The notes: generated by a model not told the origin, from the letters alone. A stretch of DNA of 64,000 nt from an uncultured Actinomycetota bacterium (GCA_963794355.1 CAWCDN010000010.1:27819-91818), one strand, 5' to 3'; positions 1 through 12,766 are shown, counted from the first letter of the stretch. Numbers and translations are program-made.

Positions 1-899
1 AGCATCATCGAGCTGCGCACGTGGTCGGCGACCACCCGGAAGCGCACGTCGTCCTCGTGGCTCGCGCCGTAGGTGCGGTGGGTGAGCTCCTCGGCCCGCT
101 CGATGACGGGGTACATCACGTCGATCTCGTACATGTTGTCGACGCCCTGCAGCAGGTAGGCGACCCGCTCGAGGCCCATCCCGGTGTCGATGTTCTTGCG
201 GGGCAGGGAGCCGACGATGTCGAAGTCCTCCTTGGACCGCACCGCGCTGAGCTCGTCCTGCATGAAGACGAGGTTCCAGAACTCCAGGTAGCGGTCCTCG
301 AGCTTGGCCGGCATCGCGATCCGGTCGGTGGTCTCGAACTCGCCGTCGGGACCGTGCTCGGGCCCGCGGTCGTAGAGGATCTCCGAGCACGGCCCGCCCG
401 GCCCGGGCACCCCCATCGACCAGTAGTTCTCCTTGGGGCCGAGCTTGACGATCCGCTCGGTGGGCAGGCCCGTGACCTTCATCCACAGGTGCAGCGCCTC
501 GTCGTCGCCGTGGAGGATCGATGGCCACAGCCGGCTCTCCTCCAGGCCGAGGCCGCCGTCGGTCCAGGACTTGGTGACGAAGTCCCAGGCGAGCTCGATC
601 GCCTTCTCCTTGAAGTAGTCGCCGAAGGAGAAGTTGCCGCACATCTCGAAGAACGTGCCGTGGCGAGTGGTCTTGCCGACGTCCTCGATGTCAGGGGTGC
701 GCACGCACTTCTGGATGCTCACCGCCCGCGGGTAGGGCGGTGAGACCTGGCCGAGGAAGAAGGGCTTGAACGGCACCATGCCGGCGTTGACGAACAGCAG
801 GTTCGGGTCGTCGAGAATGAGGGACGCCGACGGTACGGCGCTGTGGGCCGCGCGCTCGAAGTGAGCCACGAACCTGCGCCGGATCTCCGCGGTGTCCAT
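1..899 (-). CDS. alaS: Alanine--tRNA ligase, N-terminal part (runs off window start)
   Basis: Manual translation from ATG at 899: [10 protein letters not shown]...[21 protein letters not shown], then QKCVR and [15 protein letters not shown] motifs of AlaRS. Confidence 0.97.
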   Translation of the reverse strand, partial: MDTAEIRRRFVAHFERAAHSAVPSASLILDDPNLLFVNAGMVPFKPFFLGQVSPPYPRAVSIQKCVRTPDIEDVGKTTRHGTFFEMCGNFSFGDYFKEKAIELAWDFVTKSWTDGGLGLEESRLWPSILHGDDEALHLWMKVTGLPTERIVKLGPKENYWSMGVPGPGGPCSEILYDRGPEHGPDGEFETTDRIAMPAKLEDRYLEFWNLVFMQDELSAVRSKEDFDIVGSLPRKNIDTGMGLERVAYLLQGVDNMYEIDVMYPVIERAEELTHRTYGASHEDDVRFRVVADHVRSSMM

Positions 900-1219
900 C
901 AGTTGTCGCCTTCCTGTGTGCGCTCGTCGGTCGAGCGTCCTTCGTCGGTCGAGCTCGTCGAGACCACCGTTCGGGTTGCCTGTCCCGCACCGAGCTCGGG
1001 CAGTCCATGAGGCACGAGACCGAACCGTTCGCGCAAGTCGGTTTCGGCCTCGGCCTGGCCCTGCGCGACCTCCTCGCGGAACATCCGCGCGCCCAGCGTC
1101 AGCGCCTCCCACCGGTCATGGAGGCCCTCGGGGGTGAAGGCTTCGGCCAGGCGGCGCCCACGCACCATGGCGTAGACCCCCGCACCGGCTCCGGCCACGA
1201 ACCAGAACCCGCGTCTCAC
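899..1219 (-). CDS. Small membrane-anchored protein, DUF6167-like
   Basis: [18 protein letters not shown]-terminus; position upstream of alaS typical of Actinobacteria; stop overlaps alaS start. Confidence 0.75.
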   Translation of the reverse strand: MRRGFWFVAGAGAGVYAMVRGRRLAEAFTPEGLHDRWEALTLGARMFREEVAQGQAEAETDLRERFGLVPHGLPELGAGQATRTVVSTSSTDEGRSTDERTQEGDN

Positions 1220-1226
1220 GAACGAC

Positions 1227-1733
1227 TCACCCCGCCTCGGCCTCCTCCGCCAGCAGGGCCCGCTGCCGGGCGTGCAGGTCGCGCTGCGCCTGCTTGAGGT
1301 CGGCGCGGCGCTGGCGTCGGGACCGGCGTACCTCCTGCTTCATCTCGAAGCGGATCCGGTTGCGGGTCGCCGGCGCCAGGCCGCGTCGTACGCCGTGGGC
1401 CAACGACGCCGCCTTGACCACCGTCTCGCGCAGGACCGTGTCGGCGAAGGCCGCCCGGTCGAGAGGGGGCACAGCGGTGGCCACGGGAGGCTCGTGCGAG
1501 CCGGGGTCGACCGCGAGCCCGGTGATCACGAACTCCGCGTCGGTCGCGACCACGGGCGCCTGCCGGGCGGCCTCGAGCGTCTCGAGGCGGGCGCGCAGGT
1601 CGGCTGCCTCGGCCCGCGCGGTCGCCCGCTCGCGGGCCAGGGCACGGCGGCTCTGCAGCGCGGCCACGAGCAGCAGCAGGCACAGCACAGCCAGCCCACC
1701 GACGGCGAGCCACACGGCCTGGTCCCTGGTCAC
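1227..1733 (-). CDS. Hypothetical membrane-anchored coiled-coil protein
   Basis: N-terminal hydrophobic helix, Arg/Ala-rich helical body, co-oriented in operon. Confidence 0.75.
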   Translation of the reverse strand: MTRDQAVWLAVGGLAVLCLLLLVAALQSRRALARERATARAEAADLRARLETLEAARQAPVVATDAEFVITGLAVDPGSHEPPVATAVPPLDRAAFADTVLRETVVKAASLAHGVRRGLAPATRNRIRFEMKQEVRRSRRQRRADLKQAQRDLHARQRALLAEEAEAG

Positions 1734-1744
1734 AGCCCCCGACC

Positions 1745-3115
1745 CTATCGCCCGCGCACGAGCCGCCGGACGCGCTCCCAGCGCTCCTTGACGGCGGCCT
1801 CGGCACCCAGCGACGTGGGCTGGTAGTACTCCGCATCGGCGATCACGTCGGGTGCGTACTGCTGCTCGGCGATGCCGTACGGCGCGTCGTGGCTGTAGGT
1901 GTACGACGTGCCGTGACCGAGGCTCTTCGACCCCTGGTAGTGGGCGTCGCGCAGATGCGGCGGCACCTGGCCGATCTTGCCCGCCCGCACGTCGGCGCTC
2001 GCTGCGTCGATCGCCTTGATCACGGCGTTCGACTTGGGCGCCACCGCCAGTGCGATCGTGGCCTGAGCCAGGTTGAGCCGGGCCTCGGGCATCCCGATCA
2101 GCTGCACCGCCTGCGCCGCAGCCACGGCCGTGGTCAGGGCGGTGGGGTCGGCCAGCCCGATGTCCTCGCTGGCCAGGATCACCAGGCGGCGGGCGATGAA
2201 CCGCGGGTCCTCCCCCGCCTCGAACATCCGGGCCAGGTAGTGCAGGGCGGCGTCGACGTCGGAGCCCCGCAGCGACTTGATGAAGGCGGAGATGACGTCG
2301 TAGTGCTGGTCGCCCTGCCGGTCGTAGCGCACGGCGGCGCGGTCCACGGCGGTCTCGGCCGTGGCCAGGTCGATGGTGTCGAGGCCCTGGCTGCTCGCTG
2401 CCCCGGCGGCCGCCTCGAGGTAGGTCAGCGCGCGGCGTGCGTCGCCGCCGGCCAGCCGGACCAGGTGCTCGCGGGCCTCGTCGGTCAGCGTGAACTCGCC
2501 CTCCAGGCCGCGCTCGTCGGCCAGCGCGTGGTCGAGCACCTCGCCGATGTCGTCGTCGGTCAGCGAGTCGAGCTGGAGCAGCAGGCTGCGTGAGAGCAGG
2601 GGGGAGATCACCGAGAAGAACGGGTTCTCCGTCGTGGCCGCGACCAGGGTGACCCAGCGGTTCTCGACGCCGGGCAGCAGGGCGTCCTGCTGCGCCTTGC
2701 TGAACCGGTGCACCTCGTCGACGAACAGCACCGTCTCGCGGCCGCGGTGGGTCAGGTCGCTGCGCGCCCGCTCGATCGCGGCCCGCACCTCCTTGACACC
2801 GGCGGAGACGGCCGAGACCTCCACGAACGACCGGTCGGTCTGACCGCTCACGATCGCCGCGATCGTGGTCTTCCCGGTGCCCGGGGGTCCCCAGAGCAGC
2901 AACGAGAGGGCCTTGCCGCCCTCGATCAGCTGGCGCAGCGGCGAGCCGTCTGCGCGCAGCTGCGGCTGCCCGACGAGCTCGTCGAGCGTGCGCGGGCGCA
3001 TCCGCACCGCGAGCGGCGCAGAGGCATGGGTGTTGGCCTGCAGCGAGCCGGCACCCGGGGTCGTGGGAGCGGCCGGCCGCAACGCGTCCACCTCGAAGAG
3101 CTCGTCGTCAGGCAC
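1745..3115 (-). CDS. rarA: Replication-associated recombination protein A (AAA+ ATPase)
   Basis: [13 protein letters not shown], Walker [32 protein letters not shown] motifs. Confidence 0.95.
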   Translation of the reverse strand: MPDDELFEVDALRPAAPTTPGAGSLQANTHASAPLAVRMRPRTLDELVGQPQLRADGSPLRQLIEGGKALSLLLWGPPGTGKTTIAAIVSGQTDRSFVEVSAVSAGVKEVRAAIERARSDLTHRGRETVLFVDEVHRFSKAQQDALLPGVENRWVTLVAATTENPFFSVISPLLSRSLLLQLDSLTDDDIGEVLDHALADERGLEGEFTLTDEAREHLVRLAGGDARRALTYLEAAAGAASSQGLDTIDLATAETAVDRAAVRYDRQGDQHYDVISAFIKSLRGSDVDAALHYLARMFEAGEDPRFIARRLVILASEDIGLADPTALTTAVAAAQAVQLIGMPEARLNLAQATIALAVAPKSNAVIKAIDAASADVRAGKIGQVPPHLRDAHYQGSKSLGHGTSYTYSHDAPYGIAEQQYAPDVIADAEYYQPTSLGAEAAVKERWERVRRLVRGR

Positions 3116-3152
3116 GTGGTGCAGCGTAGGCGAACCGATCGGAGCGCCCGCG

Positions 3153-4352
3153 CTAGCCCGACGTGACCGACTTGGTCTTCAGGTCGAACCAGGTGTCGGC
3201 GAAACCGGGCGCGTCGTGCATGTCGTCGGCCGGGGCGCTCTGGCCGTCGGTGTTGCCCTGGTCGTCGACCCCGAGGAGCCCGGTGGTCACCGGACGGCTG
3301 GGCTGCTCGCCGTACTCGCCGGCGAAGTGGCAGGCCACCTTGTGCTTCTTGCCGATCTGCATGAGCGGCGGCTCCTGCTTGGCGCAGATCTCCTGCGCCA
3401 TCCAGCAGCGGGTCCGGAACCGGCAGCCGCTGGGCGGGTTGATCGGCGACGGCACGTCGCCCTCCAGCCGGATCCGCTCGCGCCGACCACCGATCGCCGC
3501 CTGCTTCACATCGGGTGCGGCCGACAGCAGCGCCTGGGTGTAGGGGTGGTGCGGGTGCTCGTAGATGGTCTCGCGGTCGCCGATCTCGACGATCTTGCCG
3601 AGGTACATCACCGCGACGTCGGGGCAGAAGTGACGGACCACCGCGAGGTCGTGGGCGATGAACAGGAACGCGATCCCGAACTCCTCCTGGACGTCCTTGA
3701 GGAGGTTCACGACCTGGGCCTGGATCGACACGTCGAGCGCGGAGACCGGCTCGTCGGCGACGAGCAGCTTCGGCTGCAGCGCGAGCGCCCGCGCGATGCC
3801 GATGCGCTGGCGCTGACCGCCGGAGAACTCGCTGGGGTAGCGGTTGTAGTGCTCGGGGTTGAGCCCGACCACCTCGAGCAGCTCCTGGACGCGCGGCAGC
3901 ACCTTCTTCTCCGGCACCATGTTGTGCACGCGGAGCGGGGTGCCGACGATCGCGCCGACGGTGTGACGGGGGTTCAGCGAGGAGTAGGGGTCCTGGAAGA
4001 TCATCTGGATCTCGCTGCGGATCGGCATCATCTGCCGACGCGTCAGCGCCGAGATGTCGCTGCCCTCGAAGTTGATCGCGCCAGAGGTGGGGTCGTACAG
4101 CCTGGTGATCAGGCGACCGGTGGTGGTCTTGCCACAGCCGGACTCACCGACCAGGCCCAGCGACTCACCCTTGCGGAGCGAGAAGGAGACGCCGTCCACG
4201 GCCTGGACGTGGGCGACGGTCCGACGGACCACACCCCCGGATTTCACCGGGAAGTACTTCTTCAGGTCAACGACCTCGAGCAGGGGTTCACCTGACGGTG
4301 CCCCGGACGAGTCCGGGGCACGCTCGACGTCTGCGTTAGTCACGGTGCTCAT
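3153..4352 (-). CDS. Oligopeptide/dipeptide ABC transporter ATP-binding protein (OppF-like)
   Basis: [26 protein letters not shown]-terminal [16 protein letters not shown]. Confidence 0.93.
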   Translation of the reverse strand: MSTVTNADVERAPDSSGAPSGEPLLEVVDLKKYFPVKSGGVVRRTVAHVQAVDGVSFSLRKGESLGLVGESGCGKTTTGRLITRLYDPTSGAINFEGSDISALTRRQMMPIRSEIQMIFQDPYSSLNPRHTVGAIVGTPLRVHNMVPEKKVLPRVQELLEVVGLNPEHYNRYPSEFSGGQRQRIGIARALALQPKLLVADEPVSALDVSIQAQVVNLLKDVQEEFGIAFLFIAHDLAVVRHFCPDVAVMYLGKIVEIGDRETIYEHPHHPYTQALLSAAPDVKQAAIGGRRERIRLEGDVPSPINPPSGCRFRTRCWMAQEICAKQEPPLMQIGKKHKVACHFAGEYGEQPSRPVTTGLLGVDDQGNTDGQSAPADDMHDAPGFADTWFDLKTKSVTSG

Positions 4353-4359
4353 CCTGCCC

Positions 4360-5508
4360 TCAAATGTCGTTGGGGTCGACTGCGGCCAGCTCGGCGATCA
4401 ACTCACCCGTCGTGGGGTCGATCAGATCGGGAGCGATCTCCGGGAGGATCTCCGCGGTGTAGATCTCCCCCGGGTTGGCGAGGTGGCAACGCTTGACGTG
4501 GTTCTCTCCGCGCTCGCCGGGCACGAGCTCGGGGAGGGTGGTCCGGCACAGATCGCCGGGCACCTTGTCGACGTGTGGGCAGCGTGGGTGGAACGAGCAG
4601 CCGCTGGGGGGGTTGAGGAGGCTGGGCGGGGTCCCGGGGATCGGGATCAAACGGGCGTTCGCGTCACCACCGACCTCGGGGATGCTCCCCAGGAGGCCCC
4701 AGGAGTAGGGCATCTCGGGGTGGGTCAGGATCTCGCGGGTCGCGCCGTACTCGACCGCGCGCCCGCCGTACATCACCATCGTCTGGTCGGCCAGCTCGGC
4801 CACGACCCCGAGGTCGTGGGTGATGATGATGACCGCGGAGTTGAACTCGCGTTGGAGGTCCTGGAGCAGGTCGAGGATCTGTGCCTGCACCGTGACGTCG
4901 AGCGCCGTGGTCGGCTCGTCAGCGATCAGCAGCTGCGGGTCGTTGACCAGGGCCATGGCGATCATCGCGCGCTGGCGCATGCCGCCGGAGAACTGGTGGG
5001 GGTAGTCGTCGACCCGGCGGTTGGCCTGCGGGATGCCGACCCGGTCGAGCATCTCGATGGCGCGCTTCTTCGCGTCCGCCTTCGAGACCTTGTGGTGGAT
5101 CCGGTACCCCTCGGAGATCTGGTCGCCGATCGAGTAGAACGGGTGCAAGGACGTCAGGGCGTCCTGGAAGATCATCGCGACGTCGTTGCCGCGGATCTTG
5201 CGCATCCGGTCCTCCGACGCCCCGATCACCTCGAAGCCTTCCACCCGGATCGACCCGGACAGGCGGGTGTGCTTGGGGTCGTGGAGACCGAGCACCGCCA
5301 TCGACGACACCGACTTGCCGGAGCCGGACTCCCCCACGATGCCGAGCGTCTTGCCGCGCTCGACGGTGTAGGACAAGTCGGTCACGGCCTGCACGAGGCC
5401 GTCGTGGGTCGGGAACTTGACGGTGAGGTTCTCGACGACGAGGTAGGGGTCGTCCAGGTTGGCGGGCGCCGCCATGTCGTCGGGACGCTCGCTGATCTCC
5501 GCGCTCAT
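4360..5508 (-). CDS. Oligopeptide/dipeptide ABC transporter ATP-binding protein (OppD-like)
   Basis: [24 protein letters not shown]; start set at [11 protein letters not shown] overlapping the permease stop. Confidence 0.92.
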   Translation of the reverse strand: MSAEISERPDDMAAPANLDDPYLVVENLTVKFPTHDGLVQAVTDLSYTVERGKTLGIVGESGSGKSVSSMAVLGLHDPKHTRLSGSIRVEGFEVIGASEDRMRKIRGNDVAMIFQDALTSLHPFYSIGDQISEGYRIHHKVSKADAKKRAIEMLDRVGIPQANRRVDDYPHQFSGGMRQRAMIAMALVNDPQLLIADEPTTALDVTVQAQILDLLQDLQREFNSAVIIITHDLGVVAELADQTMVMYGGRAVEYGATREILTHPEMPYSWGLLGSIPEVGGDANARLIPIPGTPPSLLNPPSGCSFHPRCPHVDKVPGDLCRTTLPELVPGERGENHVKRCHLANPGEIYTAEILPEIAPDLIDPTTGELIAELAAVDPNDI

Positions 5509-6515
5509 CCGACACTCACCCGCGGGTCGAGGAAGCTGTAGAGGATGTCGACGAGCAGGTTGGCCACCACGATCAGCACCGCCGAGACCAGCACGGTCGC
5601 GCTGATCACGTTGATGTCGATCGGGGTCGACAGCGCCTGGAGGCCCCAGTGGCCGATGCCGTCGATGCCGAAGATCTGCTCGGTGAAGATGGTGCCCGCC
5701 AGGAGCGTGGCGAAGTCGAGGCCGAAGATCGTGACCACGGGCACGATGGCGGCTCGCAGGGCATGTCGGAACAGCACGTGGTTGGTCTTGATGCCCTTGG
5801 ACTGCGCGGTGCGGATGTAGTCCTCGTTGAGCGTCTCCACCATCTGGCCGCGGGTGAACCGGGCGTACGACGTGCAGTTGGTCAGGCCGATCACGAGCCA
5901 CGGCAACATCATGTAGCTGATGGTCTTCGCTGGATTCTCCGTGATCGGGTAGTACCCGGTGTTCGGGAAGATCTTGAGCTGGAGCGAGAGATAGATCCAC
6001 GACAGCAGAGCGATCACGTAGAACGGGATGGACGACACGACCAACGTGCTGCCGACCAGTAGTCGGTCCGCCGAGGTGCCCCGCCATCGGGCGGCCAGGG
6101 CGCCGAGGAGCACACCCAAGGTCAGGTAGATGCTGGCGCCGCCGATCGCCAGGGTCAACGTCGCGGGGTACTTCTGCTTCAGGTCGTTCCACACCGGCTG
6201 GCTGGTGGTGATGGAGATCCCGAGGCACGGAGCGGGGCAGTCGTAGAGCTTGCCGTCCTGGTAGACGTTGTTGCGGCCGACGAAGATGCCCTTGGCCCAC
6301 TGCCCGTAGTTGTAGATGAGGGACTTGTCGTAGCCCATCTGGTGCTTGATGGAATCGAGCTTGACGGTGCTGCACTTGCCGGGCCCGAGCTTCTCGCAGT
6401 ACGTGCGCGCCGGGCTGTCGCCCATCCCCTTGAAGAAGAGGACGAACACGAACATCGAGGTCAAGATGACCACGAGCAGTGAACTGAGCAGCCGGCGAAC
6501 GATGAATCCCGTCAT
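5505..6515 (-). CDS. ABC transporter permease (OppB-like)
   Basis: MTGFIVRRLL start; EDYIRTAQSKG EAA-type loop; multiple TM helices. Confidence 0.92.
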   Translation of the reverse strand: MTGFIVRRLLSSLLVVILTSMFVFVLFFKGMGDSPARTYCEKLGPGKCSTVKLDSIKHQMGYDKSLIYNYGQWAKGIFVGRNNVYQDGKLYDCPAPCLGISITTSQPVWNDLKQKYPATLTLAIGGASIYLTLGVLLGALAARWRGTSADRLLVGSTLVVSSIPFYVIALLSWIYLSLQLKIFPNTGYYPITENPAKTISYMMLPWLVIGLTNCTSYARFTRGQMVETLNEDYIRTAQSKGIKTNHVLFRHALRAAIVPVVTIFGLDFATLLAGTIFTEQIFGIDGIGHWGLQALSTPIDINVISATVLVSAVLIVVANLLVDILYSFLDPRVSVG

Positions 6516-6622
6516 CTCTGCTTCCCTTGCGTTCGGTGGTGGGTGGTGGGGCACGGCGTGAGCCGTACCCCACCACCCGATGGACCTGATCGGTCAGAAG
6601 ACCGATCTGTCGACCCGATCGG

Positions 6623-8398
6623 TCACTGGGAGACCCAGATGTCCTTCCAGGTCGGCATTCCGAAGGTGTTGTCGTTGTTGAAGCCCTGGATCTTCGATCC
6701 GTGGGCCTGGGCGACGCCGCCGTAGTAGGTCGGGAACAGCGGGAAGTACTTCTGGGCGATCTGCTTGTCCAGAGCGTTCCACGCTGCCGCCTGCTGGTCC
6801 AGCGGCATCCGCTGGATGGCGTCCATCTGTGCGTCCGCGGCCTTGTTGTTGAACGCGGCGTAGTTGGCACCGAAGGAGTTGGTCTTGTCCGGGTTCGTCG
6901 AACCGAGCACCGGCGGCAGCCAGGTCGAGCCCGACGGCCAGTCGGAGCACCAGCCCGCGGAGCGGACGTTGATGTCTTCCTTGGTGTTGTCACGGTCGAC
7001 CGGGTAGTTGGCGATCGTGGTCGGCACCGGGGTGGCCTTGAAGCCGGCCTCGGTCAGGCCCTTGACGATCGCGTCCTTGGTCTTGACCGAGATCGGGTCG
7101 TCGGTGCGGAACAGGAACTTGATCTCGTAGCCGGTGGCGTTGGCCTGGCTCAGCAGCGACTTGGCCTTGGCCGGGTCGGTCTGGAACGCCTGGTGGTTGG
7201 TCACGTTGTACGGCGTACGACCAGGCAGGCCCGGGGGCATCAGGTTGGTCGCGGGGATCGCAGTGACGCCCGGGATGGCACCCGCGGCGAGCAGCGCGTT
7301 CTTGTACGGGTAGGCGAACTGCAGCGCCTGACGCACGAGCTTGCTCTTGATCTTGCGGTTGTCGGGTGCCCAGTAGAACGTGCACGGCTGACCACCGAGG
7401 ACCAGGCGGTCCGGGGACTTCTGCTGCATCTGGTTGAAGTCAGGAGCGAGCAGGTCGTCGTAGGTCAACGTGGTCTGACCGGGACCGGAGTCGGCGAGCA
7501 TGATCTGGTCGATCTTCTCCGAGGGCTGCTGGGTCTTGATGTCGTAGCCGTCGGGGTACTGGGTGCGAGCCGGGTCGGTCGCGGGGTCCCAGTTGGGGTT
7601 ACGGACCAGCGTCATCTCCTTGGCCGGGCTGTACTTCTTGATCATGTACGGGCCGGTCGAGAGGGGGTGCAGCTTGTAGGTCTTGGGGTCCGAGGCCTTG
7701 CCCGCGGGGACCGGGCCGTTGGCCGGGAAGCTGCCCCAGTACGGCATGTCGGGGAACGGCTTGGCCATCTTGATGGTGATGGTGTCGCCGTTGACCGTGA
7801 TGCCCTTGAACGTCGAGCCCGGGTCGGTGTACATGCCCTTGTAGGCAGCGCCGCCCTTGAAGTACACGTTCGAGTAGTACTGGCACGGGCCGGTCGGGAA
7901 GGTCGCGGCGTCCATGCAGCGGGTCATGCCGTAGGCGACGTCCTGGGCGGTGACCTCCTTGCCGTTCTCGAACTTCACGCCCGGGCGGATCTTGAAGCTC
8001 CACTGGGTGAAGTTGTCGTTGTGGGTTCCGAGGTCGGTGGCCAGGTCGGGGACCAGCACCATCTGCTTGGAGTCCGGGTCGTACTTGTACTGGGTGAGCG
8101 AGCGAGTCACCAGACCGCTCATGATCGAGGCGGTGTCGGTGTAGTAGACCTCGCTTGGGTCGATCGTGGTGGTGAACGCCAGGTTGGTGAGAACCGTGAC
8201 GTTGCCGCCCTTCTGGGCGTTCGCGATCGTGACCGGCCCCTTGGCCGTCGGGTCTTGACCGTTTCCGGTGTTGCCCAGGTTGTCGTTCTGCGTGTTGTTA
8301 TCTCCCGCATCGGTGCTCGATGACCCAGAGCCGCCACAGGCGCTCAGAGCCAACATGCCGACAGCAGAGATGGCGATCAACGGTGATTTGAACCGCAT
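6623..8398 (-). CDS. ABC transporter substrate-binding lipoprotein (OppA, family 5)
   Basis: Signal peptide with lipobox LSAC; VPDLATDLG, STGPY motifs; start set at MRFKSP. Confidence 0.92.
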   Translation of the reverse strand: MRFKSPLIAISAVGMLALSACGGSGSSSTDAGDNNTQNDNLGNTGNGQDPTAKGPVTIANAQKGGNVTVLTNLAFTTTIDPSEVYYTDTASIMSGLVTRSLTQYKYDPDSKQMVLVPDLATDLGTHNDNFTQWSFKIRPGVKFENGKEVTAQDVAYGMTRCMDAATFPTGPCQYYSNVYFKGGAAYKGMYTDPGSTFKGITVNGDTITIKMAKPFPDMPYWGSFPANGPVPAGKASDPKTYKLHPLSTGPYMIKKYSPAKEMTLVRNPNWDPATDPARTQYPDGYDIKTQQPSEKIDQIMLADSGPGQTTLTYDDLLAPDFNQMQQKSPDRLVLGGQPCTFYWAPDNRKIKSKLVRQALQFAYPYKNALLAAGAIPGVTAIPATNLMPPGLPGRTPYNVTNHQAFQTDPAKAKSLLSQANATGYEIKFLFRTDDPISVKTKDAIVKGLTEAGFKATPVPTTIANYPVDRDNTKEDINVRSAGWCSDWPSGSTWLPPVLGSTNPDKTNSFGANYAAFNNKAADAQMDAIQRMPLDQQAAAWNALDKQIAQKYFPLFPTYYGGVAQAHGSKIQGFNNDNTFGMPTWKDIWVSQ

Positions 8399-8442
8399 AG
8401 CCCACCCTTTCCGTGGATGTTGCATATCTCCCGGTGAAACAC

Positions 8443-9477
8443 TCACCGGCGAGTCTTGGGGTCGAAGGCGTCCCGGATGGAGTCACCGAGCAGGTTCAGC
8501 GTCACGACCAGGATCGAGATCGTGAGGACCGGAGCCCACAGGTACAACGGGTAGGTCTGCCAGAACTGCTGCGCATCGAAGATGGTCTGGCCGAGCGACG
8601 GATAGCCGTTGATACCGATGCCGAGGTAGGACAGTCCAGCCTCGGCGGTGATCAGGCCCGGGAGGGCCAGCGACGTGGCGACCACGATGGGGGCCACCAG
8701 GTTGGGAAGAAGTTCTTTGAAGAGGATCCTGCGAGTCGGAACGCCCATCACCTGGGCCGCCTGCACGAACTCGCGTTCGCGCAGCGAGAGCACCTGACCG
8801 CGGATCAGACGGGTCATGCCCATCCAGCCGAAGATGGTGAGGATCGCGACCAGGGCGAAGAACTGGACCTTGTAGAGCGTCTCCAGCTGACCAGGCTTCC
8901 CGAAGTGCGCCACGATGATCGGCGCCATCGCCAGGGCGCCGAGCAGGAACGGGAACGACAGGAACAGGTCGGTGATGAACATCAGGATCCGGTCGAGCCA
9001 GCCGCGAGAGAAGCCGGCGACCAGGCCGAGGATGACGCCGATGCCGATGCTGAGCACGGTCGCGATCGTCGCGATCAGCAGGTCGGTGCGCAGGCCGTAG
9101 AGGAGCCGGGCCAGGTTGTCCACGCCGGTCGTGGGCGCGAGGCCCAGCGGGTGAGCGGCCCAGAACCCGTGGTTCGGCGGGCCGTCGATCGGCATGCCGT
9201 TCTGGCTGCCGCCGAACTCGAGCACGTCGCTGGCCTGGTACGGCAGGGTCTGGGTGGTGGGATAGATGTTGAGGGCCTTGGTGATCCACGGCGCCAGGGC
9301 GGCCGCCAGGATCATCAGCGCCACGATGCCCGAGCAGACGATCGCCATCTTGTCCTTGCGCAGGCGCTCGAAAGCGATCTGGGTCGGCGACCGGCCGGCG
9401 AGCTTCTGACCTTCCGGCGCCTCTGCGGCGCCAACCGGGGCTTCAGCCAGCTCTGTCGCACTCAGACCCATGGCCAA
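8443..9477 (-). CDS. ABC transporter permease (OppC-like)
   Basis: HPLG, RLLYGLRTDL, REREFVQAAQVMG, NLLGDSIRDAFDPK motifs. Confidence 0.92.
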   Translation of the reverse strand: MAMGLSATELAEAPVGAAEAPEGQKLAGRSPTQIAFERLRKDKMAIVCSGIVALMILAAALAPWITKALNIYPTTQTLPYQASDVLEFGGSQNGMPIDGPPNHGFWAAHPLGLAPTTGVDNLARLLYGLRTDLLIATIATVLSIGIGVILGLVAGFSRGWLDRILMFITDLFLSFPFLLGALAMAPIIVAHFGKPGQLETLYKVQFFALVAILTIFGWMGMTRLIRGQVLSLREREFVQAAQVMGVPTRRILFKELLPNLVAPIVVATSLALPGLITAEAGLSYLGIGINGYPSLGQTIFDAQQFWQTYPLYLWAPVLTISILVVTLNLLGDSIRDAFDPKTRR

Positions 9478-9626
9478 CCTTTCCTGCTGCTAGAAGATCG
9501 TTCGTCGCGGCGTCGGACCCCGAAGCGCGCACGCTGCCGGGTGAGGCAGGTCACGGGACCCGGGCCGAACAGGACTCTAGATGACGGTCAAGTGATTTCA
9601 ACGTGGCACGAGGTAACGATTCTGTC

Positions 9627-11405
9627 TCAGGGAGTGGGCGCCTCGGGCCGGGCGTCGACCCCGGCCTCACGACGTTGCTCGGCCGTGATCTGGGCCGGGG
9701 CCCCGGTCAGCGGATCGAAGCCGCCGCCTGACTTCGGGAAGGCGATCACGTCGCGGATCGACTCCGACCGCGACAGGAGAGCCACGATCCGGTCCCAGCC
9801 GAAGGCGATACCGCCGTGCGGGGGGGCGCCGTACTGAAAGGCGTCGAGGAGGAAGCCGAACTTCTCCTGAGCCTCGGCCTCCTCGAGGCCCATCACGGCG
9901 AACACCCGGCGCTGGACGTCGCCGCGGTGGATACGGATCGAGCCCCCGCCGATCTCGTTGCCGTTGCAGACGATGTCGTAGGCCCAGGCGAGAGCGCTCC
10001 CAGGATCCTGGTCGAAGGTCTCGACGTCCTGGGGGGACGTGAAGGCGTGGTGCACGGCCGTCCACTGGCCGCTCCCCACGGCCACGTCGCCGGCGGCGGT
10101 CGCCTCGTCGGCCGGCTCGAACAGGGGTGCGTCGACCACCCAGAGGAAGCTCCAGGCGCCCTCGTCGATGAGGCCGAGGCGGTGGCCGATCTCGAGCCTC
10201 GCGGCGCCGAGCAGCGCCCGGCTCTGCTTGACCGGGCCCGCGGCGAAGAACACGCAGTCACCGGGCTCGGCCCCCACGTGAGCGGCGAGCCCGGCACGCT
10301 CGCCCTCGCTGAGGTTCTTGGCCACGGGGCCGCCGAGCTCACCGTCGGCCGAGACCGTCACGTAGGCGAGCCCCCGGGCACCGCGCTGCTTGGCCCACTC
10401 CTGCCAGGCGTCGAACTGACGACGCGGCTGGTCGGCGCCACCCGGCATCACCACGGCGCCGACGTACGGCGCCTGGAAGACCCGGAACGGCGTGTCCGCG
10501 AAGTACGCCGTGCAGTCGACGAGCTCGTGCCCCATCCGCAGGTCGGGCTTGTCGGAGCCGAACCTGGCCATCGCCTCGGCGTAGGTCATCCGCGGCAGCG
10601 GCGTCGGCACGTCGTACCCGATCAGCTGCCAGAGCGAGACCAGGACGTCCTCGGCCACGGAGATCACGTCGTCCTGGTCGACGAAGCTCATCTCGATGTC
10701 CAGCTGGGTGAACTCCGGCTGCCGGTCGGCGCGGAAGTCCTCGTCGCGGTAGCACCGCGCGAGCTGGTAGTAGCGCTCCATGCCGGCCACCATGAGCAGC
10801 TGCTTGAACAGCTGGGGGCTCTGCGGGAGGGCGTACCAGCTGCCGGGCTGGAGCCGCGCCGGCACCAGGAAGTCGCGCGCGCCCTCAGGGGTCGACCGGG
10901 TGAGGGTGGGAGTCTCGATCTCGACGAAGCCGTGCTCGTCGAGCACGTCGCGCGCGGCCTTGTTCACCTTGCTGCGCAGGCGGATCGCCGCGGCCGGTCC
11001 GCTGCGGCGCAGGTCGAGGTAGCGGTGCTTGAGCCGAGCCTCCTCCCCCACGTCGCCGCCCTTGTGCGAGCCCGCGTCGTCGATCGGGAACGGCAGGACG
11101 GCGCTGGGGTTCAACACCTCCACCTCGGAGGCGATCACCTCGATCTCACCGGAGGGCAGGGCCGGGTTGGCGTTCCCCTCGGGCCGCTTCGCCACCTCGC
11201 CGGTGACCTTCAGGCAGTACTCGCTGCGCAGGCTGTGGGCCACAGCCTCGTCGCGGATCACGACCTGCGCCACCCCGCTGGCCTCGCGGAGGTCGATGAA
11301 GGCGACCCCGCCGTGGTCGCGTCGGCGGGCCACCCAGCCGGCGAGCGTGACGGTCTCCCCCACGTTCGCGGCGGTGAGCGTTCCGGCGTCGTGCGTGCGG
11401 ATCAC
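9627..11405 (-). CDS. aspS: Aspartate--tRNA ligase
   Basis: [45 protein letters not shown]. Confidence 0.97.
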   Translation of the reverse strand: MIRTHDAGTLTAANVGETVTLAGWVARRRDHGGVAFIDLREASGVAQVVIRDEAVAHSLRSEYCLKVTGEVAKRPEGNANPALPSGEIEVIASEVEVLNPSAVLPFPIDDAGSHKGGDVGEEARLKHRYLDLRRSGPAAAIRLRSKVNKAARDVLDEHGFVEIETPTLTRSTPEGARDFLVPARLQPGSWYALPQSPQLFKQLLMVAGMERYYQLARCYRDEDFRADRQPEFTQLDIEMSFVDQDDVISVAEDVLVSLWQLIGYDVPTPLPRMTYAEAMARFGSDKPDLRMGHELVDCTAYFADTPFRVFQAPYVGAVVMPGGADQPRRQFDAWQEWAKQRGARGLAYVTVSADGELGGPVAKNLSEGERAGLAAHVGAEPGDCVFFAAGPVKQSRALLGAARLEIGHRLGLIDEGAWSFLWVVDAPLFEPADEATAAGDVAVGSGQWTAVHHAFTSPQDVETFDQDPGSALAWAYDIVCNGNEIGGGSIRIHRGDVQRRVFAVMGLEEAEAQEKFGFLLDAFQYGAPPHGGIAFGWDRIVALLSRSESIRDVIAFPKSGGGFDPLTGAPAQITAEQRREAGVDARPEAPTP

Positions 11406-12763
11406 GAGGAGGTCTCCTGGGTGTCGGGGGTGAGGATCGTGGGGCGGAGGTCGGCTGCGGGCGGCGACCAGGTGGCGGGATCGGCGTCGACCTGGTCACC
11501 GGAGCGGATGTCCTTGACCTGGTCGGTGTTGCCGGCCCCACGCTGCGCTGGGAACCAGACGAAGGGGATGCCGCGGCGCTCGGCTGTCCGGATCTGACGC
11601 CCGTACTTCTGGGCGCTGGGCGCGACCTCGCACGGGATGTCGCGTCGGCGGAGCGCGTCGGCGATCCGCTCGCTCGTGGGGCGGCTCTCCTCGTCGGCGA
11701 GCGCGACGAGCACGGCGCTCGGCACCGCTCGGCTGCCGGCAAGGACACCTTCGGCGAGGAGGGGCAGGAGCGTGCGCGAGAGCCCGAACGAGATGCCCAC
11801 GCCGGGGTACGTCGTACGGCCGTCGTCGGCGAGCGCGTCGTAGCGTCCTCCGCCGCCCACCGACTTCAGCCGTTCGTAGCCGGCCATGAAGATCTCGACC
11901 ACGGTGCCGGTGTAGTAGTCGAGGCCGCGGGCGATCCGCAGGTTGGCCTCGACGGTGACGCGGTCGGTGATGACGTCGGCGCAGCCCTCCAGCACGGCCG
12001 AGAGCTCCGCGAGCCCCCGGTCGAGCAGGTCGTCCTCGACGCCGAGCGCCTTCACCCGCTCGACCAGCGTGCCGTCGGAGACCCGGATCGTGGCGAGGTC
12101 GAGGCATCGCTGCGCCTGCTCCGGCGTCGCCTCGGCGTCGTCGACCAGAAGCCCGGCGACCGCCTCGGGGGCGAGCTTGTCGAGCTTGTCGATGGCGCGG
12201 ATGGCCGCCGTGACGTCGGGGATGCCGAGCCCGCGGTAGAAGCCCTGGATCAGCTTGCGGTTGTTCACCTGGAAGGACAACGGAGGCAACGGCAGGGCGC
12301 CGAGTGCCTCCACCATCACCCGCGTCACCTCGACGTCGTGGTGGAACGGCAGCTCGTCGCGACCCACGATGTCGATATCGGCCTGGGTGAACTGGCGGTA
12401 GCGGCCCTCCTGCGGCCGCTCGCCGCGCCAGGCCGGCTGGATCTGGAACCGTCGGAACGGGAACTCGAGGTGGCCCGCGTTCTCCAGCACGTAGCGGGCG
12501 AACGGCACCGTGAGGTCGTAGTGCATGCCGAGACCCGTGTCGTCGCTCGTATCGGACGACTGGAGCCGGCGCAGGACGTAGAGCTCCTTGTCGATGTCGC
12601 CGCCCTTGGCGAGGCGGTCGAGCGGCTCCACGGCACGGGTCTCGATGTTGGCGAAGCCGTGGAGCTCGAAGGCGCGCGACACGGAGGCGATCACCTCGCG
12701 CTCGACGACGCGCGCGGCCGGGAGCAGCTCGGGGAAGCCGCTGAGCGGCGTCGGTTTGCTCAT
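11402..12763 (-). CDS. hisS: Histidine--tRNA ligase
   Basis: [40 protein letters not shown]. Confidence 0.96.
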   Translation of the reverse strand: MSKPTPLSGFPELLPAARVVEREVIASVSRAFELHGFANIETRAVEPLDRLAKGGDIDKELYVLRRLQSSDTSDDTGLGMHYDLTVPFARYVLENAGHLEFPFRRFQIQPAWRGERPQEGRYRQFTQADIDIVGRDELPFHHDVEVTRVMVEALGALPLPPLSFQVNNRKLIQGFYRGLGIPDVTAAIRAIDKLDKLAPEAVAGLLVDDAEATPEQAQRCLDLATIRVSDGTLVERVKALGVEDDLLDRGLAELSAVLEGCADVITDRVTVEANLRIARGLDYYTGTVVEIFMAGYERLKSVGGGGRYDALADDGRTTYPGVGISFGLSRTLLPLLAEGVLAGSRAVPSAVLVALADEESRPTSERIADALRRRDIPCEVAPSAQKYGRQIRTAERRGIPFVWFPAQRGAGNTDQVKDIRSGDQVDADPATWSPPAADLRPTILTPDTQETSS

Positions 12764-12766
12764 GGC